From positions 9,200-73,199 of the forward strand of contig CACFTS010000002.1 in NCBI GenBank assembly GCA_902569285.1: 64,000 nucleotides of DNA. Direction: 5' to 3'. The DNA comes from an uncultured Pelagibacteraceae bacterium. Its GTDB lineage: Bacteria > Pseudomonadota > Alphaproteobacteria > Pelagibacterales > Pelagibacteraceae. The notes beneath the pieces are model-generated. The model worked only from the letters and a program-made list of their open reading frames with translations. It had not been told where the DNA came from and made no database searches. Made by a program: the position numbers and the translations under genes. How positions within the stretch are numbered: position 1 is the stretch's first letter; each line of letters starts with the position of its first letter. Shown here one piece after another: positions 9,116-18,021 of this stretch.

Positions 9116-9922
9116 GTGTCGTTATTAAAAACTAAAGATTATAAAATTTATTCAACATTTCTTGGAAACTTAGCAAGAAAGCTAACTCAATATTATTATT
9201 CAAAATTAAACAAAACTTTTAAAGTATCCAATAAGATAAAAGGAAAAGGGTATGATCCAGTAACAAGTTCAGACAAAGCTTTTGAAAAATTTATAAGAAA
9301 TGAGATAAAAAAAAAATTTCCAAACCACGAAGTTATTGGAGAAGAATATGGATATAAAAAAACAAAAAGTGAATATGCTTGGATAATTGATCCAATTGAT
9401 GGAACTAGATCATATATAATTGGTAATCCAACTTGGAGTAATTTGATTTCTTTAAATTATAAGGGCAAACCAGTATTAGGTCTTGCAAATTATCCAGTAT
9501 TAAAAAAGTATTATTTTAATACATCTCAAAAAACTGCCTATGTAGTAGAAGGTAATAAAAGAAAAAAGTTAAAAGTTAACAACAAAGTTTCATTTTCCAA
9601 TTTAAAAATGTCAGCTGCTTTTCATGGAAACTTAACGCTTAAACAACAAAAGAAGATACCTAAGATTTTAAAATTAATGCAATTCCCTTGCGCCGATGCT
9701 TTAAGTTATTCTCATCTAGCTGAAGGAAAAGTAGATGTTGTTTTACAATGTATAAATAAAATTTGGGATATTCATCCTTTGATTCCAATAATAAAAGCTG
9801 CTGGAGGAATTGTTAGCACCTGGAACAATGATGATTCAATTAAAGCTGGAAATATCATTGCTTCTGCAAATAAAAGTATTCACAATAAAGTGTTAAAGAT
9901 TCTTAAACCTGTATCTAAATAA
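9116..9922 (+). CDS. Inositol monophosphatase family protein (HisN-like histidinol-phosphatase possible)
   Basis: DPVTSSD, GEEYG, WIIDPIDGTRSY, WDIHPL..AAGG. Confidence 0.85.
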   Translation: MSLLKTKDYKIYSTFLGNLARKLTQYYYSKLNKTFKVSNKIKGKGYDPVTSSDKAFEKFIRNEIKKKFPNHEVIGEEYGYKKTKSEYAWIIDPIDGTRSYIIGNPTWSNLISLNYKGKPVLGLANYPVLKKYYFNTSQKTAYVVEGNKRKKLKVNNKVSFSNLKMSAAFHGNLTLKQQKKIPKILKLMQFPCADALSYSHLAEGKVDVVLQCINKIWDIHPLIPIIKAAGGIVSTWNNDDSIKAGNIIASANKSIHNKVLKILKPVSK

Positions 9923-9928
9923 TTTAAA

Positions 9929-10156
9929 TTAATCTTTAGATGCAATTTTGTTTACTAAGGGTCTTACCAATGGTGCCATTGTAAATGCAGCAATTACAGC
10001 TACTGGAAACGCAAATATAAAAGCATTTAAAAGTCGATCAAAAAATCCAACTCCAAAACCAGTGTGCACTAATGTTACAACTGCTCCAATGATAACGCTC
10101 ATTCCAAAAGACATAAAAATCATGAACAATGGCTGAGAATATTTTTTTTTAATCAT
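9929..10156 (-). CDS. DUF2798-like small membrane protein (copy 2)
   Basis: 75 aa with two hydrophobic segments; MSFGMS..HTGF..FAFPVA..APLVRPLV; paralog of 10282-10503. Confidence 0.7.
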   Translation of the reverse strand: MIKKKYSQPLFMIFMSFGMSVIIGAVVTLVHTGFGVGFFDRLLNAFIFAFPVAVIAAFTMAPLVRPLVNKIASKD

Positions 10157-10158
10157 AG

Positions 10159-10266
10159 TTAAGATGTTTCCCCCAAAGTATTTAATAAAATTACTCCAGT
10201 GATAATTAAAGTTATACCAAGAACTATTCCTAAAAGTAAAAAAATATAACCAGATAAATTAGTCAT
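10159..10266 (-). pseudogene. 35-aa internally deleted SMR transporter remnant (not in the ORF track)
   Basis: MTNLSGYIFLLLGIVLG-ITLIITGVILLNTLGETS. The first half matches the N-terminus and the second half the C-terminus of the SMR at 10517-10852. Confidence 0.65.
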
Positions 10267-10281
10267 ATCTTAAGATTATGA

Positions 10282-10503
10282 TTATTTAGTTATTTTATCT
10301 ACAAATTTTTGTATAATAGGAGCTAAAATTGTTGTTGCAATCAAAGCAACTGGTAAACTAATAGACCAAGCTTTTAAAAATCTATTCATATACTCTTTAT
10401 CATAACCAGTATTTATGTAGGTTATGATTAAAGTCATTAAAAGACTCATTCCAATACCCATAAAAAAAATAAATAATAAATTAGAATATTTTTTATTAAT
10501 CAT
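10282..10503 (-). CDS. DUF2798-like small membrane protein (copy 1)
   Basis: MINKKYS..FMGIGMSLLMT..NTG..FLKAWSISLPVA..APIIQKFVDKI. Confidence 0.75.
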   Translation of the reverse strand: MINKKYSNLLFIFFMGIGMSLLMTLIITYINTGYDKEYMNRFLKAWSISLPVALIATTILAPIIQKFVDKITK

Positions 10504-10516
10504 TTGAGTTAGATAT

Positions 10517-10852
10517 TTAATTTGTTTTTCCTAGAAGATTAACAATTAATACACCTGAGATTATTAAAGCAAGACCAATAACAGTATAAAAATCAGGCAT
10601 TTGATTAAATTTGTACATTCCAATAATTGTTGTGGCAATAATGCATAATCCTGCAAATGAAGCATAAGTTATTCCAACGGGAATTGATTTCATAACTATT
10701 GAAAGTGCATACATACACCCAACAATAGTTATTGCAGTAAGTATACTGGGAAATATTAATGTAAAACCTTGAGCTCCTTTAGCGAAACCATTTGCCGCAG
10801 TACCTAACACAACTGCAATAATTAAAACTATATATGCTGTAAAATTTCCCAC
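10517..10852 (-). CDS. SMR/DMT family small multidrug transporter (atypical, lacks the Glu14 equivalent)
   Basis: 111 aa, 4 TM; KGAQGFT..P, IPVGITYASFAG, GLALIISGVLIVNL align with EmrE. Confidence 0.85.
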   Translation of the reverse strand: MGNFTAYIVLIIAVVLGTAANGFAKGAQGFTLIFPSILTAITIVGCMYALSIVMKSIPVGITYASFAGLCIIATTIIGMYKFNQMPDFYTVIGLALIISGVLIVNLLGKTN

Positions 10853-11173
10853 TTATTTATTTAACTTTGTTGCACCAGTTTCTTGATGAAGTATTTTTCC
10901 ATCTTTATATTTATAATAAGACATTACTGCTTCTTTATTACCATCATTAAAAGTTACCATAGCATGCTCAAAGCCTACTTCATTATTTTCAAATAGTACT
11001 CTTACATTACTTTTTTTGACGTCTTTCATACCAACCCAGCCAACTACATCTTTCTTAGTTAAGCTTTTGCCAGATGAATGCATTAAAAACTGATAATCAT
11101 CATGTATTAATTGTTCTGCACCTGCAGAATCTCCGTCGTTAACTATTTTAGTCATTTTTTCAATTATAGACAT
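10853..11173 (-). CDS. SnoaL/NTF2-like domain protein
   Basis: 106 aa; LIHDDYQF and C-terminal YKYKDGKI strand typical of the NTF2-like fold; SD AGGAG upstream. Confidence 0.65.
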   Translation of the reverse strand: MSIIEKMTKIVNDGDSAGAEQLIHDDYQFLMHSSGKSLTKKDVVGWVGMKDVKKSNVRVLFENNEVGFEHAMVTFNDGNKEAVMSYYKYKDGKILHQETGATKLNK

Positions 11174-11207
11174 TTATTCTCCTGTTATTTAAATATTATA
11201 ACTTATT

Positions 11208-11831
11208 ATGTTATCTTATCTGATGGAATATCTAATTTTAGGATTTTTTACAGGTTTAAGTTTAATATTAGCTATTGGTGCTCAAAATATTTTTGTAATA
11301 GAACAAGGTTTAAAAAAACAACACATTTTTTTAATTTGTTTTGTTTGTTCAATTTCTGATCTTATTTTAATATTTTTAGGAATATTTCTTTTTCACTATT
11401 TTATTCAGTATTTTAACTCTACAATTGAATTAATATTTAATATTTTATTAATAATTTTTTTAGTTCATTTTATTTATTCAAAAATTAAAACCTATAATTC
11501 TAAAGTTAAATTTAATAGTGATATCAAAGACGTTTCAAAGTCCGATATTTTATTAAAAACACTTGGATTTACTTATCTTAATCCACACGTTTATTCAGAC
11601 ACAGTTTTTTTTCTTGGAAATTTTTCAAAAAATTTTATTTTAAATCAAAAGATTTCTTTTGGAATAGGTGCGTCTATCGCATCTTTTCTTTTCTTTTTTT
11701 TAATTGGTTACTTATCAAAATATTTATCTAAATATGCTCAAATTGAAAAGATTTGGAAAATAATTAATATATTCATTATTGTTTTTATGAGTTTTTTAAC
11801 TTTTTTTGTTTTTTTAGAAATTGTTAATTAG
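11208..11831 (+). CDS. LysE/ArgO family amino acid exporter (start may be 11223)
   Basis: LSLILAIGAQNIFVIEQGL, CSISD, TYLNPHVYSDTV. Confidence 0.9.
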   Translation: MLSYLMEYLILGFFTGLSLILAIGAQNIFVIEQGLKKQHIFLICFVCSISDLILIFLGIFLFHYFIQYFNSTIELIFNILLIIFLVHFIYSKIKTYNSKVKFNSDIKDVSKSDILLKTLGFTYLNPHVYSDTVFFLGNFSKNFILNQKISFGIGASIASFLFFFLIGYLSKYLSKYAQIEKIWKIINIFIIVFMSFLTFFVFLEIVN

Positions 11832-13110
11832 AAAATCCGTATTTTCTAAGTCTTATATCGCCAGTTCTAGCATGAGCTTCCATTCCTTCATATCTAGAAA
11901 TTCTAGCACAAGCTGCCCCAACTGACTTTGTAGATTCTTTAGTCATTCTTTGAAAACTTAAAGTTTTAATAAATTTACCTACAAATAAACCTCCGGTATA
12001 ACGACCAGCACCTTTTGTAGGCAGAATATGATTAGTTCCTGAACATTTGTCACCGTATGCTACAGTTGTTTCTTCACCAATAAATAATGATCCATAATTT
12101 TTTAATCTTTTATGAAACCATTCAAGGTTTTGAGTTTGAACTTCCAAATGCTCTGGTGCGTATTCATCGCTTATTTTAGCCATTTCCTCATCTGTATCGC
12201 AAAGTATAACTTCACCGTAATCTCGCCAAGCAGCTTCAGCACTAGTTCTAGGTATCTCTGGTAAATCAGCAATTAATTCTGGAACTCTTTTCATTACTTC
12301 TTCAGCTAATTTTTTACTTGTTGTATATAACCATGCTGGAGAATTGTATCCATGTTCTGCTTGTCCAACTAAATCTACTGCTACCATTTCAGGATCAGCT
12401 TTATCATCTGCAATAACTGCTATTTCTGTTGGACCTGCAAATAAATCAATTCCAACTTTACCAAATAAAATTCTTTTTGCTTCAGCAACAAATTGATTTC
12501 CAGGACCAACCAATATATCTGCAGGTGGATTTTTAAATAAACCATTGGTCATTGCAGCAATTCCTGGAACTCCTCCTAAATTTAGTATTACGTCAGCACC
12601 ACATAAGTCAGCTGTATAAACTATTGCAGGATGTGCTCCTACACCTTCTTTTGGTGGACTACAGGCTATTATATTTTTTACACCAGCAACTTTTGCAGTT
12701 GTGACACTCATTACAGCTGATGCAATATGGGCATATCGACCTCCAGGAATATAACATCCAGCAGTATTAACTGGTATTAATTTTTGACCAGCATAGAGAC
12801 CAGGTGAAAGTTCAACTTCAAAATCCTGACCATAGTTTTTCAACTGTGCTTCAGCAAATTTTTTAACTCTTTCATGAGAAAATTGAATATCATCTTTAGT
12901 TTTTTGATCTAATTCTTTTTTAATTTTTTCAATTCTTTCTTTTGAAACAACAATTTCACCATCATATTTATCAAATTTTTTAGTTAGGCTTATACAAGCT
13001 TCTTCTTTAGACGTTTCAATTTCTTTTAATAAATTTTTTACTATTTCTGTAGTTTTTGTATCATCTGTAGAAGATGTTTTTGGTGATTTTTTTAGATATG
13101 TAATTGCCAT
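11824..13110 (-). CDS. hpsN: HisD-family sulfopropanediol (DHPS) 3-dehydrogenase HpsN
   Basis: HisD fold with HpsN-type motifs: MAITYLKK, GCYIPGGRYAHIASA, VGPGNQFVAEAKR, QAEHGYNSP, GEETTVAYGDK, EGMEAHAR. Sits in a sulfonate cluster. Confidence 0.8.
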   Translation of the reverse strand: MAITYLKKSPKTSSTDDTKTTEIVKNLLKEIETSKEEACISLTKKFDKYDGEIVVSKERIEKIKKELDQKTKDDIQFSHERVKKFAEAQLKNYGQDFEVELSPGLYAGQKLIPVNTAGCYIPGGRYAHIASAVMSVTTAKVAGVKNIIACSPPKEGVGAHPAIVYTADLCGADVILNLGGVPGIAAMTNGLFKNPPADILVGPGNQFVAEAKRILFGKVGIDLFAGPTEIAVIADDKADPEMVAVDLVGQAEHGYNSPAWLYTTSKKLAEEVMKRVPELIADLPEIPRTSAEAAWRDYGEVILCDTDEEMAKISDEYAPEHLEVQTQNLEWFHKRLKNYGSLFIGEETTVAYGDKCSGTNHILPTKGAGRYTGGLFVGKFIKTLSFQRMTKESTKSVGAACARISRYEGMEAHARTGDIRLRKYGFSN

Positions 13111-13152
13111 GATTTATTTAAAGCATATTGAAATTTATTTCAACGAAAAGAA

Positions 13153-14064
13153 TTAATCTAAAGCTACTACAGCTGCAGCAATGGAAGCTAATCTTGCTTG
13201 AGCTTCATCAGACCGACTTGTTATAACTACTGGAACTTTTCCACCAACAACAACACCTGCCGCACATGCACCAGAAAAATAAATTAACATTTTAACTAGT
13301 CCGTTACCCGCTTCAACATTTGGAACTAACAAAACATCAGCCATTCCAGCGACATCATTTTTAATACCTTTAATAGATGCAGATTTTTTTGAAATACTAT
13401 TATCGAACGCAAGTGGACCAAATACATCAGCATTTAAATTTTCTTTTTTTGCAAGTTTTGTTAATTCCTCTGCATCTTTAGAGCTAGGAACACTATCTAA
13501 AACTTCTTCTGTTGCAGAAAGAATAGCAATCTTTGGTCTTTCTATGCCAATTCTATTTGAAAAGTTAATAACATTTTTTAAGATATGCATTTTTGTTTTA
13601 ACATTAGGTAAAACATTTAAAGCACCATCTGTAATAATTAGTGGTTTATCTTCTTTTGCAATAGTCATATGCCAAATGTGACTTAATCGAGTTTTTCCAA
13701 GTAAATCATACTCTCTTTTCAAAACTTCTTTCATGAGAACATCTGTATGTATATGACCTTTAACAATAATTCTAATTTTTTTTTCACTAGCTAGTTTTGC
13801 AGCAATAGTTGCTGTGTTGTTTTCTACAGGCTCGTGGATAATTTTATAATTTGAAATATCCCATTTTAAATCTTCAGCACATTTTAATATTTCTTTTTCA
13901 TCGCCAATAAAAATTGGTTCAATTAAATTTTCATTTACAGCATCTTGAACAGATAGCATTGGTAAAGGTTTGCCAGCATTAACTATACCTGCTTTAATAC
14001 CTTTTTTTTTATGAGCAACGTTTAAAAGGTTAACAGGACAAACGATTTCTTTATTTGAAAGCAT
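13153..14064 (-). CDS. pta: Phosphate acetyl/butyryltransferase
   Basis: VKGHIHT, ITDGALNVLP, GPLAFDNSIS, ADVLLVPNVEAGN, PVVITSRSD. Confidence 0.88.
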   Translation of the reverse strand: MLSNKEIVCPVNLLNVAHKKKGIKAGIVNAGKPLPMLSVQDAVNENLIEPIFIGDEKEILKCAEDLKWDISNYKIIHEPVENNTATIAAKLASEKKIRIIVKGHIHTDVLMKEVLKREYDLLGKTRLSHIWHMTIAKEDKPLIITDGALNVLPNVKTKMHILKNVINFSNRIGIERPKIAILSATEEVLDSVPSSKDAEELTKLAKKENLNADVFGPLAFDNSISKKSASIKGIKNDVAGMADVLLVPNVEAGNGLVKMLIYFSGACAAGVVVGGKVPVVITSRSDEAQARLASIAAAVVALD

Positions 14065-14066
14065 AT

Positions 14067-15074
14067 TTAATGTTTAAGTATTTCAAAATCTTTTTTAATA
14101 ATCTTTGATATTTTTATTTTCTTTTTTGAATTCATTTTAAATCTTCTATATTTATTTTGACCAGGATACATTATCTCTTTTACTCCTTTAATTTTTGGTA
14201 ATCTTTTGATCCTTTTAATATTATCTTTTATTCTAGTATTGTAATTTTTGACAAATAAATTTGTTTTAAATGTGATAAATAAATGCCCAATATTCTGTGG
14301 TCCCGAAAAATCATCAAAAGGATCTTTTACTTTTCCAGCATGATTTCCACCAGTTAATACACCGCTTAAAATATCAATCATCCAAGCTAAACCTGAACCT
14401 CTAAAACCTGATATAGGTAACTGAACTCCTTCAAGTGCATTTTTAGCATTGGTTGTGGGTCTACCAAATTTATCTAAAGCAACACCTTCAGGAATTTTCT
14501 TGTTATTTATTGCTGCAACTCTAATTTTTCCTCTATTAATCATTGAAATAGATGTATCTAAAATAAATGGAACCTTCGATCCTGTTGGTGTTCCAAAACA
14601 AATAGGGTTAGTTCCGAATAAACTTTTTAATGCACCATGAGGTGCAACTGCTGGAGGAGCATTTGTATATATCATTGTTATTAGATTTTTTTTTACTGCT
14701 TGTTCTGCGTAATAACCTGAAAGACCATAATGACCACTATTTTTGACAGCAACCATTCCTATCCCTGTTTTTTTAGCATTTTGGATTGCTGTTTTAATTG
14801 CAATATCTGCAGCAACAAATCCTATGCTATTGTCAGCATCAATATGTGAAATTGATTTAGATATTTTTTTTATTTTTATTTTTGGTTTTGGATTTATTAA
14901 TCTTTTAGAAATTCGATCACAATACATTTTTAATCTTGAGAGACCATGAGTATGAGCACCAACTAATTCGGCATTAATTATTGCACTTGATGCAATAGTT
15001 GCATGCTTTTCATTTAAACCATAGTTTTTAAAAATTTTGATTATTTGTTTTTTTAATTTTTTTCCATCAACCAT
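14067..15074 (-). CDS. Ldh_2 family oxidoreductase (malate/L-lactate/sulfolactate dehydrogenase, ComC-like)
   Basis: THGLSRL, NSGHYG, FGTNPICFG, LDTSIS, GFRGSGL, YPG motifs. Confidence 0.88.
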   Translation of the reverse strand: MVDGKKLKKQIIKIFKNYGLNEKHATIASSAIINAELVGAHTHGLSRLKMYCDRISKRLINPKPKIKIKKISKSISHIDADNSIGFVAADIAIKTAIQNAKKTGIGMVAVKNSGHYGLSGYYAEQAVKKNLITMIYTNAPPAVAPHGALKSLFGTNPICFGTPTGSKVPFILDTSISMINRGKIRVAAINNKKIPEGVALDKFGRPTTNAKNALEGVQLPISGFRGSGLAWMIDILSGVLTGGNHAGKVKDPFDDFSGPQNIGHLFITFKTNLFVKNYNTRIKDNIKRIKRLPKIKGVKEIMYPGQNKYRRFKMNSKKKIKISKIIKKDFEILKH

Positions 15075-16114
15075 AATGCATCTTTAGTTAGAAAATATAT
15101 CTTACCAGTGGCTTGATGCACTTGTATATCTCTTATTCGTCCAATTTGATTTTTAAAAATAACTTTTTCTTTGACATTTTGAAGGTTTGAAAAATCAAGA
15201 GATCTTAACGACATATCCTTTAAAGATGTGATTAATGCTAAACCATTCCATTCCTTAAATTCTTTCCCTTTGTAAATCGTTATTGCACTTACTGCAATTG
15301 ATGGGACCCAATACTTTATTGCTTTAGTAAAACCTGGTTTCCATTTAGGACCTATCTTTGTTCCAGTATAATTTTTTCCACCCCATCCTAAAATTTTCCA
15401 GCCATAGTTTTCTCCTTTTTTGACTTCACCAAACCAATCTCCACCTCTTGCTCCATGATTTGACATATAAACTTTTTGGTCAAAAGGGGATAAGAAAAGT
15501 CCTTGAGGATTTCTAACACCTATTTGAAAAATTTCAGGTAACCAATTATCCTTACCGGTAAATCTTGGATTATCTTTTGGAATACTACCATCTAAATGAA
15601 TTCGAATAATACTTCCAGGATGAGAAGTTGGATCCTGAGCAATCATTCCTCCACCTCTTTCACCAGCTGATGCGTATAAGAAATTATCTTTAATTATCAA
15701 TCTTGATCCAAAATGATATCCGGAGTCTATTGGAGGTTCAGCTTGAAATATATTGGAAAAAGATAATTTTTTTTTATTTAATTTAGCTCTTGCTATAGAT
15801 GTACTTGTTTTCCAATCCCCTCTATTTTCTGAGTACGAAATCCAAATATTGTTATCTTTATGTAAAATATCTAATAACCCACCTTGGCCATCGACTAAAA
15901 AATTAAGATTATGTTCAACATTAAAAATATTTTTTGTATTGATATTTACTATTTTAATTTCACCTTCTTTTTCTGTTAGAATAATTTCGTTTTTACTTAT
16001 AAAAGAAGACCCCCAAGGTTCATCTAAATCAACAATTTTTCTGAGACTTATTTCATCTGCTTGAACTATAGATGAAATAAAAAATATAAAAAATATTATC
16101 CTTTTCCACGCCAT
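15053..16114 (-). CDS. PQQ-dependent sugar dehydrogenase (glucose/sorbosone, YliI-like), exported
   Basis: Signal peptide; LDEPWG, GQGGLLD, HFGSRL, AGERG, GVRNPQG, NHGARGGD, NYGW, GRIRD. Confidence 0.9.
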   Translation of the reverse strand: MAWKRIIFFIFFISSIVQADEISLRKIVDLDEPWGSSFISKNEIILTEKEGEIKIVNINTKNIFNVEHNLNFLVDGQGGLLDILHKDNNIWISYSENRGDWKTSTSIARAKLNKKKLSFSNIFQAEPPIDSGYHFGSRLIIKDNFLYASAGERGGGMIAQDPTSHPGSIIRIHLDGSIPKDNPRFTGKDNWLPEIFQIGVRNPQGLFLSPFDQKVYMSNHGARGGDWFGEVKKGENYGWKILGWGGKNYTGTKIGPKWKPGFTKAIKYWVPSIAVSAITIYKGKEFKEWNGLALITSLKDMSLRSLDFSNLQNVKEKVIFKNQIGRIRDIQVHQATGKIYFLTKDALWLMEKN

Positions 16115-18021
16115 GGGATGGTTTTATCGATTATTTTTCTTAAAGTAACGTCGAATAAAAGTCCTAGCATACCCATTATAAATATAGTTATCCAAATAAC
16201 CTCATACTGAAAGTATTTTTTTGCGACATTTTCAACAAAACCAATACCAGTTGTTCCAGCTAAAAATTCAGCAGCAACTAAAGTTCCCCAACACATACCA
16301 ACTGCTACTCTTATACCAGTTAAAATTTCAGGTAATGAATTTGGAAAAATTACGTATCTTAATATTTGTTTTTTTGATGCCCCAAGAGAATGAGCAGCAT
16401 GAATTTTTGACAGTTGTGTTCCTGATGCACCAGCTCTTGCTGAAATAATCATAATAGATAAAGATACCATAAATAATAGAAATACTTTTCCAGTGTTATC
16501 TATACCAAGTACTGAAATAATTAGTGGAGCCCAAGCAAGAGGAGGAACAGGTCTATACAATTCTATTAAAGGATCAAAAAATCCTTTAGCAAATCTATTT
16601 AATCCCATAAATAAACCTAAAGGAACACCTATAATTATTCCGAAAATTAAACCTAACAATACTCTTAAAAAAGAATCCCAAATATGACCATATGGAACAG
16701 GTATTTTGAATAATGAAAAGTCTCCAGTAACAACTTTTAAAACTCTTCCTTTAAAATTTTGTTCAACTGTTCCATCTTTTGTGTGAATGGGATATTCACC
16801 AGGAAGGATATCAGCAATCCAATCAGGTAAAATAAATCCTACTATTTTACTTACATCCATCATGTCAATCCAAAGTAGAGGAATGTTTTTGTAACCAACA
16901 CTTGGTTTTGACATCAAAATGAATTTGTTGAAAGTATCAGATGGTTTTGGTAACCATCGCCCAGATCCTTGCTCAGAGCAACTTGGACCACTAGCAACTA
17001 TTGTACCTGCAGGAAATAAAATTATATCAATTAGTCTAAGCCCACCTTGTTGATCTTTTTGTATCTTATCAAATTCAATTATTGCATCTTTCATACTGTT
17101 TAATGTTGTTGGTGGATAAATGCTTGCATATTCAATTCTTCTTGCAATTTTAACAATATCTTTTGCATAAGTTGATGCTATTTCCTCAGTATCATCTAAA
17201 CTTTTCCTATATGCTTTGATCTCGTCTTTTATTTTTTTAATTGAATTTTTAAATTGTGGATTGTGATTTCTTAATTTAAAGAATTTATCATTTATAATTT
17301 TAAGTTCTTTTGCGGCAGCATTAAATTTTAGTCCACGATCTGTTTCTGGTACCAATGGAATTTCTATTGTATTTTCTATAGATCCAGTTCCTTTTCTCAC
17401 CGTTATAATAGCCCAGCTACCTTGTTCCGAAACAGCTTTTTGTCTTTCAACTTTTTGTTCTTGTGTTTCAAATGGATAATCTTTCTTTTTAAAGTTTGAA
17501 CTTAAAAGTTTTATATCTTCCGTTATTTCTTGTAGTTTAATTTTTGTATCCATTTCCATTAAATCTTCGTTAGTTAATAATGGAATTAATTGTTTGGTTT
17601 GAGTTATGTAGCCCAGTAAAATAGTTTTTTGTTGATTACTTAGATCTGGTGAATTTTCTATTTCATTAATAGTTCTTTGAAGATTTTTATTCTCAATTTT
17701 AATTATAGAAGTGCTTTTGAATTCTCTTTCTACAATAGGGAATTGATATTTTAATCCTAACAACGACTCGTTTACTTTAGCGACTTGGCATAATTCATTT
17801 GCTGATTTTGGATAAAATCCTTTTGCAATATCCCAAGAATAATAAAGCCATACTAGTAAGATTGCGCTACTACCAACAATTACCCAGTGTGTACCACCTT
17901 TAGATCTTTCTGGATTACCAAAAACTGCATCAACTTTTTCAGTTTTAATTAGTCTTCTCCCGTAAAGAATACATCCAACAATTGATACAAAGATTAATAT
18001 TGTTATAATTTGGGTGAACAT
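16096..18021 (-). CDS. tauC: Taurine/sulfonate ABC transporter permease with a large N-terminal extramembrane domain
   Basis: C-terminal TauC/SsuC core (SFLRVLLG, FDPLIELYRPVPPLAWAP, AAHSLGAS, LVAAE, PWRGKG); about 430 extra N-terminal residues. Confidence 0.88.
   Translation of the reverse strand: MFTQIITILIFVSIVGCILYGRRLIKTEKVDAVFGNPERSKGGTHWVIVGSSAILLVWLYYSWDIAKGFYPKSANELCQVAKVNESLLGLKYQFPIVEREFKSTSIIKIENKNLQRTINEIENSPDLSNQQKTILLGYITQTKQLIPLLTNEDLMEMDTKIKLQEITEDIKLLSSNFKKKDYPFETQEQKVERQKAVSEQGSWAIITVRKGTGSIENTIEIPLVPETDRGLKFNAAAKELKIINDKFFKLRNHNPQFKNSIKKIKDEIKAYRKSLDDTEEIASTYAKDIVKIARRIEYASIYPPTTLNSMKDAIIEFDKIQKDQQGGLRLIDIILFPAGTIVASGPSCSEQGSGRWLPKPSDTFNKFILMSKPSVGYKNIPLLWIDMMDVSKIVGFILPDWIADILPGEYPIHTKDGTVEQNFKGRVLKVVTGDFSLFKIPVPYGHIWDSFLRVLLGLIFGIIIGVPLGLFMGLNRFAKGFFDPLIELYRPVPPLAWAPLIISVLGIDNTGKVFLLFMVSLSIMIISARAGASGTQLSKIHAAHSLGASKKQILRYVIFPNSLPEILTGIRVAVGMCWGTLVAAEFLAGTTGIGFVENVAKKYFQYEVIWITIFIMGMLGLLFDVTLRKIIDKTIPWRGKG

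Noticed and set aside
11824-13110. Histidinol dehydrogenase (hisD) call
   Set aside because: Motifs and sulfonate context fit the paralog HpsN better, and no his operon is adjacent.
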